DNA from: Dehalococcoidales bacterium
Lineage (GTDB): Bacteria > Chloroflexota > Dehalococcoidia > Dehalococcoidales > BS750m-G39
Assembly (NCBI GenBank): GCA_023129255.1
Contig: JAGMCH010000046.1
Location: forward strand, 1 to 55,299
DNA length: 55,299 nt
Reading direction: 5' to 3'
The notes beneath the pieces were generated by a model. It searched no databases. It was not told the DNA's origin and saw nothing but the letters and a program-made list of their open reading frames with translations. How positions within the stretch are numbered: the stretch's first letter is position 1; each line of letters starts with the position of its first letter. Both the position numbers and the translations under genes were made by a program. Of this stretch, positions 1 to 10,380 are shown one piece after another.

Positions 1-566
1 CCCCCCAGCTCCACCCCTATGACATCGGTATTGGTATATAGACAGAGGCTGGGAGTATTAAGCAGCTTCTGAGCCTTTCTGGCTACAGCCTCATCCCAGG
101 CAGCCACCACGGCAACCGCCGGTAAGTCGCGGAGAATCTCCGCCGACAAATTGGGGCCGGAAAGAATACAAATATTAGGCCAAAAATCATGGTTTATCTC
201 ACCGGCAATTACCTCGGACATCCGCTTGTTACTATCAACCTCCAGGCCCTTGGCGGCACTCACTATCAACATTGAACCATCAAGGTAGTCAGCCACTGAC
301 TTTATATTCCGCCGCATCGTCTGGGAGGGCACCGCCAAGATTACTGCCTTGGTATCGGCTAAGGCTTCAGCCAATGAGCTGGTAATTGATAGCTGAGGAG
401 GAAAGGTAATACCAGAAAGCACGTCGGAATGATGTCTGGCATTCTTTAGTTCAGAGGACTCTCGTTTTGTCCGTGCCCACAGCCTGACCTCCACCCCATT
501 ACGTGCCAATACCACCCCCAGAGTTACCCCCCAGGTGGTGGTACCAATAATGGCAACCCTGGACAT
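1..566 (-). CDS. gpsA: NAD(P)H-dependent glycerol-3-phosphate dehydrogenase (partial, runs off the window start)
   Basis: Manual translation from ATG at 566: MSRVAIIGTTTWGVTLGVVLARNGVEVRLWART... with later AVPSQ, SAAKG and LSGPNLS motifs; follows plsY in der-plsY-gpsA order. Confidence 0.93.
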   Translation of the reverse strand, partial: MSRVAIIGTTTWGVTLGVVLARNGVEVRLWARTKRESSELKNARHHSDVLSGITFPPQLSITSSLAEALADTKAVILAVPSQTMRRNIKSVADYLDGSMLIVSAAKGLEVDSNKRMSEVIAGEINHDFWPNICILSGPNLSAEILRDLPAVAVVAAWDEAVARKAQKLLNTPSLCLYTNTDVIGVELG

Positions 567-569
567 ACC

Positions 570-1289
570 CTATCCCGCCCCCTCTTTGCGGTCGGAGGAA
601 GGCGAGTCTCTCTTCTCCACCTTCTCGCCAAGCTTGCGCTCTTTGCCCGACATCAATCGAACAATGTTATCCCGGTGCATAACAAAAATCATTATTGCCC
701 CCACCAGAGCATAAAACAGGTACTCTACAGGGAAGCCGTTCAAAATGGTAAGCGGGACCAATATGGCATAGGTGCCTACCGCCCCAGCAATGGAGCCTAG
801 AGAGACAAACCTGGTTAAGCCAGCACCTATAATTATAATCTCGCCGCCGAATATTGCTGCTACCGGGCACAAAGCTACTAGCCCGCCGAAGAAGGGGGCG
901 ACGCCTCTACCCCCCCGAAATTTAAGAAATACCGGCCAGATATGCCCAGCTACTGCTGCCAGAGCCGCCAGAACCTGGGCAACCAGCGAGCCTAAACCAA
1001 AGTCACCCACCACCAGGTAGCCTTGACCGACTATCAACCCGGCAAATACCACCGCCAGCACTCCCTTTAACATATCCAAGGCAGCCACCAAAGCGGCTGA
1101 CTTGCGACCAGCGGTTCGGAGCACATTGGTTGCCCCTGTCCTGCCACTCCCATACTGTCTAACATCCACCTTAGCCTGCCGCCGGCCCAAAAGGTAACCA
1201 AAAGGAATAGAGCCCAAAAGGTAACCCAGTATCACTACAGCTGCAAACTTGGCAATTATCACGGCATCTAAGGACCCGGCAACCATCAC
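570..1289 (-). CDS. plsY: Glycerol-3-phosphate acyltransferase PlsY
   Basis: YLLGSIPFG, GSGRTGATNVLR, GHIWPVFLKFRGGRGVA and HRDNIVRL motifs; hydrophobic. Confidence 0.95.
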   Translation of the reverse strand: MMVAGSLDAVIIAKFAAVVILGYLLGSIPFGYLLGRRQAKVDVRQYGSGRTGATNVLRTAGRKSAALVAALDMLKGVLAVVFAGLIVGQGYLVVGDFGLGSLVAQVLAALAAVAGHIWPVFLKFRGGRGVAPFFGGLVALCPVAAIFGGEIIIIGAGLTRFVSLGSIAGAVGTYAILVPLTILNGFPVEYLFYALVGAIMIFVMHRDNIVRLMSGKERKLGEKVEKRDSPSSDRKEGAG

Positions 1290-2599
1290 GCCTCACCTCT
1301 GGTCTTAAAGACTAAACGAAACGGAGTGCCAGCGAAGCCGAATGACTGGCGCAGTTTGTTCTCTAGGTAGTGCTGATAGGAAAAATGTATCAACTTAGCG
1401 TCGTTGACAAAAAAGACGAAGGTTGGTGGGTTAACCTCAGCCTGGGTAGCATACAAAATCTTTAGCTGCTTACTGCCCTTTCGTGGCAGAGTATGAGCCG
1501 CTACCGCCTGCTGAACCACACTGTTAACTTCAGCGGTAGGCAGTCGTTTGAGCCTCTCGTGATATACCTGAAATGCCTGAGGCATCACCTTATCTGTCCC
1601 CTCTCCAAACTTAGCTGAAATATACACCACCGACGCATAAGACATAAACTTAAGCTTGCTCCTTATATACCTATTACATTCAACCATATTCTTATTCACC
1701 GCCAGGTCCCACTTATTGACCACCAATACAACCCCCTTAACCGCCTGCTGAATATAACCAGCAATATGCTCATCCTGAGATGTAAGCAGCTCGGTGGTAT
1801 CAAGGACCAGCAGAACTATATCAGCCTCATCAATAGCCCGCAGGGCTCTAATTACGCTATACCGCTCTACTCCCTTCCCCCACCGGCCCCGTCGCCTGAT
1901 TCCAGCGGTATCAATAAGTATCACACTTTGACCATCAAAGTCAAGTGAGGTATTTATAGCATCGTGAGTAGTCCCCGGCACCTCGTCAACAATAGCCCGC
2001 TCCTCACCCAGGAGGGCATTAAGTAGCGTGGACTTGCCCACGTTAGGTCTGCCGACAATAGCCAGCTTCATAATCTCCGCTTCCGTCCCAACAGCTGAAG
2101 GGGTCGGCAGCAGGGAGATAACCTTATCCAGCAGCTCAGCAGTGCCCCGCCCATGATAGGCTGAAATAGCCAATGGCTCACCAAGCCCCAAATGATAAAA
2201 TTCTACCGCCTCGGTCTCAAGCCTAGCATTATCCGCCTTATTAGCCACTATTACTATGGGCTTGCTTGAACCACGAAGCATCTCGGCTATCTCCAGGTCA
2301 GAGGGCACCACCCCGTCCCCGGTGTCCACCAGGAAAAGAATAACATCGGCTTCAGCGATAGCCACCTCCACCTGTCCCTTGACTCCCTTAGCAATAGCCG
2401 ACCGGGGGCTCACCTCCAGACCGCCGGTATCAACTATGGTAAAGCTAGCCCCCTGCCATGAAACATCAGCAAATATACGGTCTCGGGTTGTGCCGGGCAA
2501 ATCAGCGACAATAGCTATCCGCTTGCCCGCCAGGCGATTTAAGAGCGTGGACTTGCCCACGTTCTGCCGGCCAACAATAGCTACAATGGGTTTGCTCAT
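1286..2599 (-). CDS. der: Ribosome biogenesis GTPase Der (EngA)
   Basis: Two G domains (GRQNVGKS/DTGG/NKAD and GRPNVGKS/DTAG/NKWD) plus C-terminal KH-like domain. Confidence 0.97.
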   Translation of the reverse strand: MSKPIVAIVGRQNVGKSTLLNRLAGKRIAIVADLPGTTRDRIFADVSWQGASFTIVDTGGLEVSPRSAIAKGVKGQVEVAIAEADVILFLVDTGDGVVPSDLEIAEMLRGSSKPIVIVANKADNARLETEAVEFYHLGLGEPLAISAYHGRGTAELLDKVISLLPTPSAVGTEAEIMKLAIVGRPNVGKSTLLNALLGEERAIVDEVPGTTHDAINTSLDFDGQSVILIDTAGIRRRGRWGKGVERYSVIRALRAIDEADIVLLVLDTTELLTSQDEHIAGYIQQAVKGVVLVVNKWDLAVNKNMVECNRYIRSKLKFMSYASVVYISAKFGEGTDKVMPQAFQVYHERLKRLPTAEVNSVVQQAVAAHTLPRKGSKQLKILYATQAEVNPPTFVFFVNDAKLIHFSYQHYLENKLRQSFGFAGTPFRLVFKTRGEA

Positions 2600-2608
2600 A
2601 TTTTATTA

Positions 2609-2890
2609 ACCCCATCCCCTTTATCCCCTTCCCCTTATCAAGGGGAAGGGGAAGAATATTCTAGAAGAGGGACTTCGTCCCTCATAAAACTCCCTGTAAT
2701 ATACCTCTAAGACTCCCTGTAATATTCGAGGCTTCGCCTCTTTAGACTTTTTCTTATTATCCCCCTCCCTAAGGGTGGCGGGTGGGAAAAGATATAAAAT
2801 GTATCTGGGACTTCTTACCCCACAAAAACTTTGTTGGGGGAACTCTCCAACTTAAGCGGGTATCTAAGAGGGGCTTTTAAAGCCCCTCTT
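2609..2890. repeat. Composite intergenic repeat: Pu/Py palindrome, GAGGGAC-TTC-GTCCCTC hairpin, imperfect G4 module, AAGAGGGGCTT hairpin
   Basis: 2609-2694 aligns with the reverse complement of 8059-8143 and with 24579-24660; GGGTGGCGGGTGGG-AAAAGA at 2773-2792. Confidence 0.85.
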
Positions 2891-2919
2891 TCTGCTTGCC
2901 TCTTACCTCCAGAAGCCGG

Positions 2920-3642
2920 TTATACGATATGTCCCCTTTCGTGGGGCGGCTTAGAAGGCTTCTCCTCTTCCTCCTGCTGGGTAGCCTGCCTACCTGGTAA
3001 CTCCTTAGCAAACTTGACGCTGGGGGGCTCAATCTCGGTTCTGGCAACCCGCCTCAGTTCGGCGATATTATCCCTGAAATTTTGAACAAAGGCGTTGTAT
3101 TCCACCGCCAGCCTATTATACTGGTCTATAGTCTCCGGCGGAATTTCAATACTCTGCGCCACCTCGCAAAACTGCTCAATAAATTCTTGATAATGATTGG
3201 TTATCAGCCACAGCTCACTTTGATAGGTGCGCAAATAAATAACAAACCTCCTGGTGCTGATATCACTCTCCACCCTGTCGATGAAACTATTACACCAGGT
3301 ATTGAAAATCCGCTGTCCCACCTCACACTCCCGTGCCCAACCCCAGACTCTGGCATTATCACTGGTTAACAGACTACGGATAACAACAAAGATAGACAGT
3401 GACGAATCACCCATAAATCGGCGATTAAAATATCCGGCTAGTTGCTTGAGCCTCAGCGATGCATGTTCCAGTTCCCTCTCCCCGGCTCTGGCTATGGCCA
3501 CCATTAAGCCGATGATAAGGATAATAACCAGAACCGCAGCCAGGACCCACATTTCCCACCCACATGCATAACCGACGAGAGCCAAGGCGGTGATTAAAAT
3601 CGGGCACCAGCCCCAGTTTACTATGAGCCTTAAGATATACAT
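2920..3642 (-). CDS. Hypothetical membrane protein (2 N-terminal TM helices, helical soluble domain)
   Basis: Long ORF; start reassigned to ATG 3642 (MYILRL...), G-rich RBS, directly downstream of argF. Confidence 0.75.
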   Translation of the reverse strand: MYILRLIVNWGWCPILITALALVGYACGWEMWVLAAVLVIILIIGLMVAIARAGERELEHASLRLKQLAGYFNRRFMGDSSLSIFVVIRSLLTSDNARVWGWARECEVGQRIFNTWCNSFIDRVESDISTRRFVIYLRTYQSELWLITNHYQEFIEQFCEVAQSIEIPPETIDQYNRLAVEYNAFVQNFRDNIAELRRVARTEIEPPSVKFAKELPGRQATQQEEEEKPSKPPHERGHIV

Positions 3643-3652
3643 AGTAGCCCCC

Positions 3653-4594
3653 CTAACGATAGCCAGCCAGCGGAATCTCCAGACCACCCAGTATTCCCGC
3701 CAGCAAGGCTTTCTGCATATGTAACCTATTTTCAGCCTGGTCAAAGACCACTGACCTGGGAGTATCTAAAATCCCCTCAGCTACCTCCTCACCGTGATGA
3801 GCCGGTAAGGGATGCATCAATATAGCGTCTTCCTTAGCTAAGGACAGTAGTTCACCATCCACCTGATAGCCGGCAAATACCTGGCGCCGGGCTTCAGCCT
3901 CAGTCTCCTGCCCCATACTGGTCCAGACATCAGTATAAACTACATCAGCCCCGCCGACTGCCTGGTGCGGCTCCTCGGTATAGAATATCTCACCACCACT
4001 ACTTGAAGCATTGCTCTGAGCCAGATTAAATATATTGTCCTCAATAGCATAGCCGGGGGGAGTGGCAATCCTGAAATTCATCCCAATAAGCGAAGCCGCC
4101 AGCATAAGACTGCGAGCCACATTGTTACCATCGCCAACAAAGGCTAAGGTCAAACCGTTTAGCTCCCCCTTCTTCTCATAAATGGTAAGCAGGTCAGCCA
4201 GAGCCTGGCAGGGGTGTTCCCGGTCGGAGAGGGCGTTTATCACCGGCACACCGGAATAACCGGCCAGAACCTCCAAGGTCTGGTGAGAAAAGGTGCGGGC
4301 AGCGATGGCATCTACATAGCGACTGAGCACTTGAGCCACATCTGAAATTGACTCGCGCTGCCCCAGACCAACCTCAGCCGGAGACAGATAAATTGTCTCC
4401 CCGCCTAGCTGTCGCATAGCCAGCTCAAAGCTGACCCGTGTCCGCAGCGAGGGCTTCTCAAACATTATCGCCAGCGTCTTGCCGCTGAGCATGGAAAGCC
4501 AGCCCTGGGCTTTCATATCAATGGCATCTGATATCAGCAGGCGAATATCCTCACCGCCGAGGTCAGCCACCGAGAGCAGGTCTTTCCCCTTCAT
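3653..4594 (-). CDS. argF: Ornithine carbamoyltransferase
   Basis: FEKPSLRTR, HPCQALAD, YTDVWTSMG, MHPLP and QAENRLH motifs. Confidence 0.95.
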   Translation of the reverse strand: MKGKDLLSVADLGGEDIRLLISDAIDMKAQGWLSMLSGKTLAIMFEKPSLRTRVSFELAMRQLGGETIYLSPAEVGLGQRESISDVAQVLSRYVDAIAARTFSHQTLEVLAGYSGVPVINALSDREHPCQALADLLTIYEKKGELNGLTLAFVGDGNNVARSLMLAASLIGMNFRIATPPGYAIEDNIFNLAQSNASSSGGEIFYTEEPHQAVGGADVVYTDVWTSMGQETEAEARRQVFAGYQVDGELLSLAKEDAILMHPLPAHHGEEVAEGILDTPRSVVFDQAENRLHMQKALLAGILGGLEIPLAGYR

Positions 4595-4683
4595 ACCTTA
4601 AGTATATCACGAAAAGATAATCATTCAACAGGGGCTTGACACCGTGCGCCCGGGTACCTAAGATGCCGTTGGAGGTTAAAAGT

Positions 4684-4938
4684 ATGGCCACTAAGGAAAA
4701 ATTTACCATAGACGGGGATAAAGTAGTTGAGAAGGTCAAGCAGCTCATCCACGAGGGCAACATCAGAAGGGTGCGGATTATTCACGAAGGACGGACGGTG
4801 CTGGAGATTCCACTCTCGGTAGGGGCACCAGCGGCAGCAGTGACTATTCTGGTAGCCCCGCTGCTGGCGGCGCTGGGTGCTTTCGCCGCCCTGGTAACCG
4901 AATGCACTATTGAGGTGGAGAAGATAGAAAAATCATAG
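4684..4938 (+). CDS. DUF4342-like small protein
   Basis: VEKVKQLIHEGNIRRVRII...EIPL...AALVTECTIEVEK pattern; GGAGG RBS before ATG 4684. Confidence 0.8.
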   Translation: MATKEKFTIDGDKVVEKVKQLIHEGNIRRVRIIHEGRTVLEIPLSVGAPAAAVTILVAPLLAALGAFAALVTECTIEVEKIEKS

Positions 4939-5019
4939 GCTCAAAGTGGAAGGACTGATTCGGAACTATTGTTATCGGCATTTGATAAGCCTATAATTAC
5001 GGTAAAGAGGAGGTGCAAG

Positions 5020-5265
5020 ATGGTGTTCGTAACGCTGTTATCACCGAAAGGGAAGGGAGAGGAAGCGGTCGATTACCTCAAGAAGCTCAAGGCTCCGGCA
5101 GGCATTACCATTCGTGATGTCTATTTCACCCTTGGTCGCTACGATGGCGTAATTATCTTTGAGGCTCCAGACGCCAACAAGGCGATGAACTTTGTTAAGG
5201 AAACCGGCTTTGCCACCGATTATACCGTGGAGACCCTCGCCGCCATCCCAGCCAAGGAACTGTGA
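5020..5265 (+). CDS. GYD-domain protein
   Basis: YFTLGRYDGVIIFEAPD motif; AGGAGG RBS before ATG 5020. Confidence 0.8.
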   Translation: MVFVTLLSPKGKGEEAVDYLKKLKAPAGITIRDVYFTLGRYDGVIIFEAPDANKAMNFVKETGFATDYTVETLAAIPAKEL

Positions 5266-5288
5266 AAGTCCGCTTTTTACCCCCACTC

Positions 5289-5297
5289 TGCTATAAT
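5289..5297 (+). promoter_or_regulatory. Extended -10 promoter (TGcTATAAT) 6 nt upstream of the polA ATG; probably leaderless
   Basis: TATAAT 5292-5297, ATG 5304, no Shine-Dalgarno. Confidence 0.65.
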
Positions 5298-5303
5298 TAA
5301 AGT

Positions 5304-8018
5304 ATGAAAAAGCCGCTGCTGGTTCTGTTTGATGGTAACGCCCTGATTCACCGAGCCTTCCACGCCATGCCCCCACTCACCGTGCGCCAGACCGGTGAGA
5401 TGGTCAGCGCCGTTTACGGCTTTGCCCTGATGCTGCTCAAGGTGATAAATGAGCTAAAGCCCACCCACTACGCCATCGCCTTTGACATGAAAGGCCCTAC
5501 CTTCAGACATGAGTTGTTTGACCAGTATAAGGCACAGCGACCCCCAACCCCCGATGAGCTGGTAGCTCAATTGGGGCGGGTAAGGCAGCTAGTGGAAGCC
5601 TTTCATATCCCTATCTTTGAGCTTGAGGGTTATGAGGCCGACGACCTCCTGGGTACCCTCAGCCAGCAAGCCAGCGGCCAGGACATTGATACCATCATCA
5701 TTACCGGTGACGCCGATATCATGCAACTGGTGTCGCCACGGGTAAAGGTCCTTTACCCCAAACCGAGGCGAGCCTTCAGCGACACCATGCTCTATGACGA
5801 AGAGGCGGTAAGCCAGAAGTATGGCGTCAAGCCGGAGCAGATTGCCGATTTTAAGGGACTGGTAGGTGATAAAACAGACAATATCTCGGGCGTACCTAAG
5901 ATTGGACCTGTAAATGCAGTCAATTTGTTAAGTAAATTCGGCTCCATTGAGCAAATCTATGACCATATAGATGAGGTGACGCCACCTAAACTTCAGGCAC
6001 TACTAAAGGAAAATGAAGCCATTGCCCGCCAGAGCAAGGAACTGGCGACCATCATTACCCGGACGCCGGTTAGCCTAAACCTTGATGACTGCCAAATCAG
6101 CCAGTATGACCGAAATCAGGTGACCGAGCTCTTCCGCGAGCTTGAGTTTGCCAGCCTGCTGCCCAAACTACCGCAGATAGAAACGGAAAAGACGGCACAG
6201 GTTGAAGCCAAGCCGCCGAAGGAAGACTACCACATCGTGAGTAAAACCGCCGATCTTGATAAGCTGCTAAGCCGCCTGTCAGCGGCTAAAACCTTCGCCT
6301 TTGACACCGAGACCACCAGCCTCGACCCGATGTCAGCCAAGCTAGTGGGCATATCTCTATCGCCAGCCCCGGGTGAAGCCTATTACATCCCGGTGGGGCA
6401 TGTGGGACTGGACCCGATAGGGCAACTACCCCTGGAACAGGTTACAGCACGGCTCAAATCCCTCCTGGAAGACCAGAAATTAGCCAAGCTGGCCCACAAC
6501 GGCAAGTATGATATGGCAGTGCTGGCGGAATATGGAATAACGGTTCAAAATTTGACCTTTGACTCCATGCTGGCTGCCTATCTGCTGGGGGAGAAATCTA
6601 TGGGACTAAAAGCCCTCGCCTTCGGCAAGCTGGCTATTGAGATGACGCCCATTAGCGACCTCATCGGCTCGGGGGCGAAGCAGATTTCCATGTCCCAGGT
6701 GGAAATCTCCCGTGCCGCCGACTACGCCTGCGCTGACGCCGATATGACCCTGAGGCTAGCGGAACTATTCGAGCCAGAGCTTCACCAGCAGGGGCTGTGG
6801 CAACTCTTCTCTGAGGTTGAGCTGCCGCTGGCGCCGGTGTTGGTTGGGATGGAAAGAAACGGAGTCGCCTTAGATGCCGAGCTATTGAGACAGATGTCGC
6901 ACCGCCTGGGTGGGCAGTTACTAAAGCTGGAGGTTGAGGTCTATAACAGTGTCGGGCACCAGTTCAACATAAACTCACCCCAGCAGCTGAGCGCCGTCCT
7001 CTTTGACGAGCTAGGACTAACGCCAGCCCGCAAGACCAAGGGTGGCTACTCCACCGGGGCGGCGATACTGGAAGAACTGCGTGGCGTTCACCCCATAATA
7101 GAATTAATCCTTGATTACCGCCAATTAAGCAAAATCAAGTCAACCTATATTGATGCCCTGCCTAACTTAATCAACCCCAAGACGGGTCGGGTACACACCA
7201 GCTTTAACCAGACGCGGACGGCTACCGGTCGGCTCTCCTCCAGCGAGCCAAATTTGCAGAATATCCCTGTCCGCGGCGAGCTGGGAAAAGAGGTGAGACA
7301 GGCGTTTATTGCCCCGAAGGGGTCTTACCTCTTAGCCGCCGACTACTCGCAGATTGACCTCCGCGCCCTGGCTCATCTGTCCCAGGATAAAAGCCTGCTG
7401 GCTGCCTTCCGCCACGATGAAGATATTCACAGTGCCACCGCGGCTCAGGTCTTCGGCGTAGAACCCTCAGCGGTAACGCCAGATATGCGCCGGGTGGCAA
7501 AAACAGTTAATTTCGGCGTCATCTACGGCATGAGCGAGTACGGCTTGGAGCAGGCGACAGGGCTATCGCGGGAAGAAGCTGCCCAGTTCATCGCCGCTTA
7601 CTTTGAGAAATACCCCGGAGTAAAGCAATACCTTGAATCGACCAAGGAACAGGCAAGGCAAGAGGGCTATGTTCAGACCATCCTCGGCAGAAGGCGCTCT
7701 ATCCCCGAAATCAATTCCTCTAACCGTCAGGTGCGGGAAGCCGCCGAAAGAATGGCGATAAATATGCCGGTGCAGGGCACCTCCGCCGATATCATCAAGG
7801 TTGCCATGATAAACCTGGACCGGGAGATAGCTAAACGCAAATTAAAGAGTAAGATGACACTCCAGGTGCATGATGAGCTTATCTTTGAGGTGCCCAAAAC
7901 CGAGCGGGAAGAAATGCGCCAGCTAGCTTCTGAACTAATGTCCGCTGCTCTGGAGCTCAGCGTCCCGCTAAAGGTGGACATCAAGACCGGCCAAAACTGG
8001 GGTGAGATGAAACCCTAA
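5304..8018 (+). CDS. polA: DNA polymerase I
   Basis: 5'-3' exonuclease (DGNALIHRAFHA), 3'-5' exonuclease (FDTETT) and Pol A motifs (ADYSQIDLR, AKTVNFGVIYG, QVHDEL). Confidence 0.98.
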   Translation: MKKPLLVLFDGNALIHRAFHAMPPLTVRQTGEMVSAVYGFALMLLKVINELKPTHYAIAFDMKGPTFRHELFDQYKAQRPPTPDELVAQLGRVRQLVEAFHIPIFELEGYEADDLLGTLSQQASGQDIDTIIITGDADIMQLVSPRVKVLYPKPRRAFSDTMLYDEEAVSQKYGVKPEQIADFKGLVGDKTDNISGVPKIGPVNAVNLLSKFGSIEQIYDHIDEVTPPKLQALLKENEAIARQSKELATIITRTPVSLNLDDCQISQYDRNQVTELFRELEFASLLPKLPQIETEKTAQVEAKPPKEDYHIVSKTADLDKLLSRLSAAKTFAFDTETTSLDPMSAKLVGISLSPAPGEAYYIPVGHVGLDPIGQLPLEQVTARLKSLLEDQKLAKLAHNGKYDMAVLAEYGITVQNLTFDSMLAAYLLGEKSMGLKALAFGKLAIEMTPISDLIGSGAKQISMSQVEISRAADYACADADMTLRLAELFEPELHQQGLWQLFSEVELPLAPVLVGMERNGVALDAELLRQMSHRLGGQLLKLEVEVYNSVGHQFNINSPQQLSAVLFDELGLTPARKTKGGYSTGAAILEELRGVHPIIELILDYRQLSKIKSTYIDALPNLINPKTGRVHTSFNQTRTATGRLSSSEPNLQNIPVRGELGKEVRQAFIAPKGSYLLAADYSQIDLRALAHLSQDKSLLAAFRHDEDIHSATAAQVFGVEPSAVTPDMRRVAKTVNFGVIYGMSEYGLEQATGLSREEAAQFIAAYFEKYPGVKQYLESTKEQARQEGYVQTILGRRRSIPEINSSNRQVREAAERMAINMPVQGTSADIIKVAMINLDREIAKRKLKSKMTLQVHDELIFEVPKTEREEMRQLASELMSAALELSVPLKVDIKTGQNWGEMKP

Positions 8019-8046
8019 GGGGAGAAGAGAGCCCAAGGGGTGAAAC

Positions 8047-8150
8047 CTCCCAATTATGGGGAGTTTAAGAGGGGCTTCGCCCCTCTTTCAAAATATTCTT
8101 CCCCTTCCCTTTGTCAAGGGGAAGGGGATAAAGGGGATGGGGTCACCCCA
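8047..8150. repeat. Intergenic repeat copy (inverted relative to 2609)
   Basis: GAGGGGC-TTC-GCCCCTC hairpin plus TCCCCTTCCCTT-TGTC-AAGGGGAAGGGGA palindrome. Confidence 0.85.
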
Positions 8151-8159
8151 CAAAAATAG

Positions 8160-8966
8160 ATGCCTGAGCTTCCTGAAGTCGAAACGATAAAGAACGAGCT
8201 AGCCCCCCACATTATCGGTCACACTGTCACTGGCGTCACCCTGTTCTGGCAGGGAATAGTGCGCCAGCCCTCGGTGGAGGAATTTTGCTCCCGCCTCATC
8301 GGGCAGAAAATAACCGGCGTGGAGCGGCGGGGGAAGTACCTAATCTTCGGCTTAACCAGCGGTGAGGCACTAATTAGCCACCTGAAGATGACCGGCTCAT
8401 TATTGCTAAAACCGCCTGATAGATTTATCAGGGCTATAATCCACCTGGACGGTAGAACCGAAATCTACTTCCGTGACCCGCGCAAGCTGGGGGTGATGTG
8501 GCTGGTGACGGACAAAAATACCGTTGTTGATAAACTCGGTCCCGAACCCCTGGAGGCTGGCTTTACCCCCCAAGTTTTGGCTCAGCGCCTGAGTAAGCGC
8601 ACAGCACCGATAAAGGCTCTGCTCTGCGACCAGAGCTTTGTGGCTGGCATCGGCAATATGTACGCCGACGAAGCCCTGTTTTCCGCCGGAATTCACCCAC
8701 TGCGGTCAGGGAAAAGCCTGTCACCGGAAGAAATTGAGCGTCTTCACCGGGCTATCCGTCAGGTTTTATCGGCAGCCATCGGCAATAAGGGAGCCAGCGT
8801 GGATACCTATTTTCGCCCCGGCGGTGAGATAGGCACCGCCCACTTTCAGTTTCGGGTGGCTCATCGGGGTGGGGAACCCTGCCCCGTCTGCGGCACGCAC
8901 CTCCAGCGCATACCCATCCGAAATCGGGGCAGCTACTTCTGCCCCAAATGCCAGCCACTCAAATGA
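8160..8966 (+). CDS. mutM: Formamidopyrimidine-DNA glycosylase
   Basis: MPELPEVET N-terminus, RRGKYL, HLKMTG, GIGNMYADE, C-terminal CPVC/CPKCQ zinc finger. Confidence 0.97.
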   Translation: MPELPEVETIKNELAPHIIGHTVTGVTLFWQGIVRQPSVEEFCSRLIGQKITGVERRGKYLIFGLTSGEALISHLKMTGSLLLKPPDRFIRAIIHLDGRTEIYFRDPRKLGVMWLVTDKNTVVDKLGPEPLEAGFTPQVLAQRLSKRTAPIKALLCDQSFVAGIGNMYADEALFSAGIHPLRSGKSLSPEEIERLHRAIRQVLSAAIGNKGASVDTYFRPGGEIGTAHFQFRVAHRGGEPCPVCGTHLQRIPIRNRGSYFCPKCQPLK

Positions 8967-8984
8967 CGCTCTGCGGCCCTCAGT

Positions 8985-9173
8985 CTATCCCCTTTTCCAG
9001 GCAAAGGGAATAAGAAAAACGACACAGCCCAGGAAGAAAACAACGCTGCCGACTAACCCCAAAGGACTGCCAGCAGCTACACTGTCAGCAATGAAAAAGA
9101 AACTACACACCAAGAAGAGCGCCCAGCCGGCGAGTTGAAACCGGCGTTCTCTTTCCTGCTTGCTCATGGGCAT
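8985..9173 (-). CDS. Small 2-TM membrane protein
   Basis: 62-aa ORF with two hydrophobic helices; AGGGG RBS; downstream of the CoA-transferase. Confidence 0.6.
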   Translation of the reverse strand: MPMSKQERERRFQLAGWALFLVCSFFFIADSVAAGSPLGLVGSVVFFLGCVVFLIPFAWKRG

Positions 9174-9201
9174 TGAACCCCCTTTCCCATTGACAAATAA
9201 C

Positions 9202-10380
9202 CTATATTATCCCCTGCTTCTTGAGCTCGGTTAGTTCACCCCGGCTTAGTCCTAACAGCTCACCATAGACATATTCATTGTCCTGACCCAAAAGCGGGGC
9301 GGCTCGGCTATATTTTGCCGGGGTTTCAGATAGCCTTATGGGCACAGCATCAGATACGGTCTTGCCCAGCCCTGGGTGGTCAAGCTCAATAAAAAAGCCC
9401 CGCCCGTTTAGCTGGGGGTCTCGGACTAAATCGCTGGCAGCTTGCACCGCCCCGGCGGCTACCCCCTGCTTCTGGAGCAAAGCCATCGCCTCCTCAGCGG
9501 TGTGCTTTTTCGTCCACTCCTCCACCAGCCGGTCCAGCCTGGCTTTATTCTTCAAACGACCGCTAAAAGTAGCAAACCTTTTATCCCCAGCCCAGGGTGG
9601 GTTGCCCAAAGCCCGCTTGAACCCCTGCCATTCGTCGTCGGTGAACACGGCAATAGCACACCAGCGGTCGTCACCTTTGCAGCGATAGACGCCGTGAGGC
9701 GCCGCCTCAGTCGAGCTATTGCCCACCGCCTCCGCCTCCCTCCCCTCAATCTGATAGTCCAGAATGGCATCGCCCAACAGACTTGCCATCGCCTCCACCT
9801 GCGAGACATCAATATACTGCCCCTCGCCCGTCCTCCGCCGGTATTCCACAGCCCCGAGCAGGGCTAAGCAAGCGAACAGACCGGCAATATGGTCGGCGTA
9901 AGCAGTACCCAGGCCCAGCGGCGGCTTGCCGGGGAAAGAGGTGAGAAAGGTTATGCCGGAAAAGGCTTGAATCGTGGGGCCAAAGCCAGTATAGTCCCGC
10001 CACCGTCCGGTGCTACCCATAGTCGACAGGCTGAGCATAATGAGGTCGGGCTTTATTTTTTTCAGGCGGTCATAGTCCAAGCCCCAGTTAGCCATCACCC
10101 GCGGAGTAAAATTCTCCACGACAGCGTCACTAATGTTCACCAGCCCCTTGACCAGAGCCACCCCTTCTGGATTATTCAGGTTCAGGGTTATGCCCAGCTT
10201 ATTGCGGTTCCAGGTGTTATAGTAGCCGCGGCTGAATTTATCCTCGGCTTCAGGCAGAAGCGGCTGAACCTTAATTACCTCAGCGCCAAAATCAGCCAGC
10301 ATCCGGGTGGCATAAGGCCCCGCCAGCACCCAGCTAAAGTCAAGAATGCGGATACCTCTTAAGACAGATTGGTTAGTCAT
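9202..10380 (-). CDS. Class III CoA-transferase (CaiB/BaiF), catalytic-Asp-bearing subunit
   Basis: RILDFSWVLAGP, LADFGAEVIKV, NRNKLGITLNL, VENFTP and AYADHIAG (Asp) motifs. Confidence 0.92.
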   Translation of the reverse strand: MTNQSVLRGIRILDFSWVLAGPYATRMLADFGAEVIKVQPLLPEAEDKFSRGYYNTWNRNKLGITLNLNNPEGVALVKGLVNISDAVVENFTPRVMANWGLDYDRLKKIKPDLIMLSLSTMGSTGRWRDYTGFGPTIQAFSGITFLTSFPGKPPLGLGTAYADHIAGLFACLALLGAVEYRRRTGEGQYIDVSQVEAMASLLGDAILDYQIEGREAEAVGNSSTEAAPHGVYRCKGDDRWCAIAVFTDDEWQGFKRALGNPPWAGDKRFATFSGRLKNKARLDRLVEEWTKKHTAEEAMALLQKQGVAAGAVQAASDLVRDPQLNGRGFFIELDHPGLGKTVSDAVPIRLSETPAKYSRAAPLLGQDNEYVYGELLGLSRGELTELKKQGII

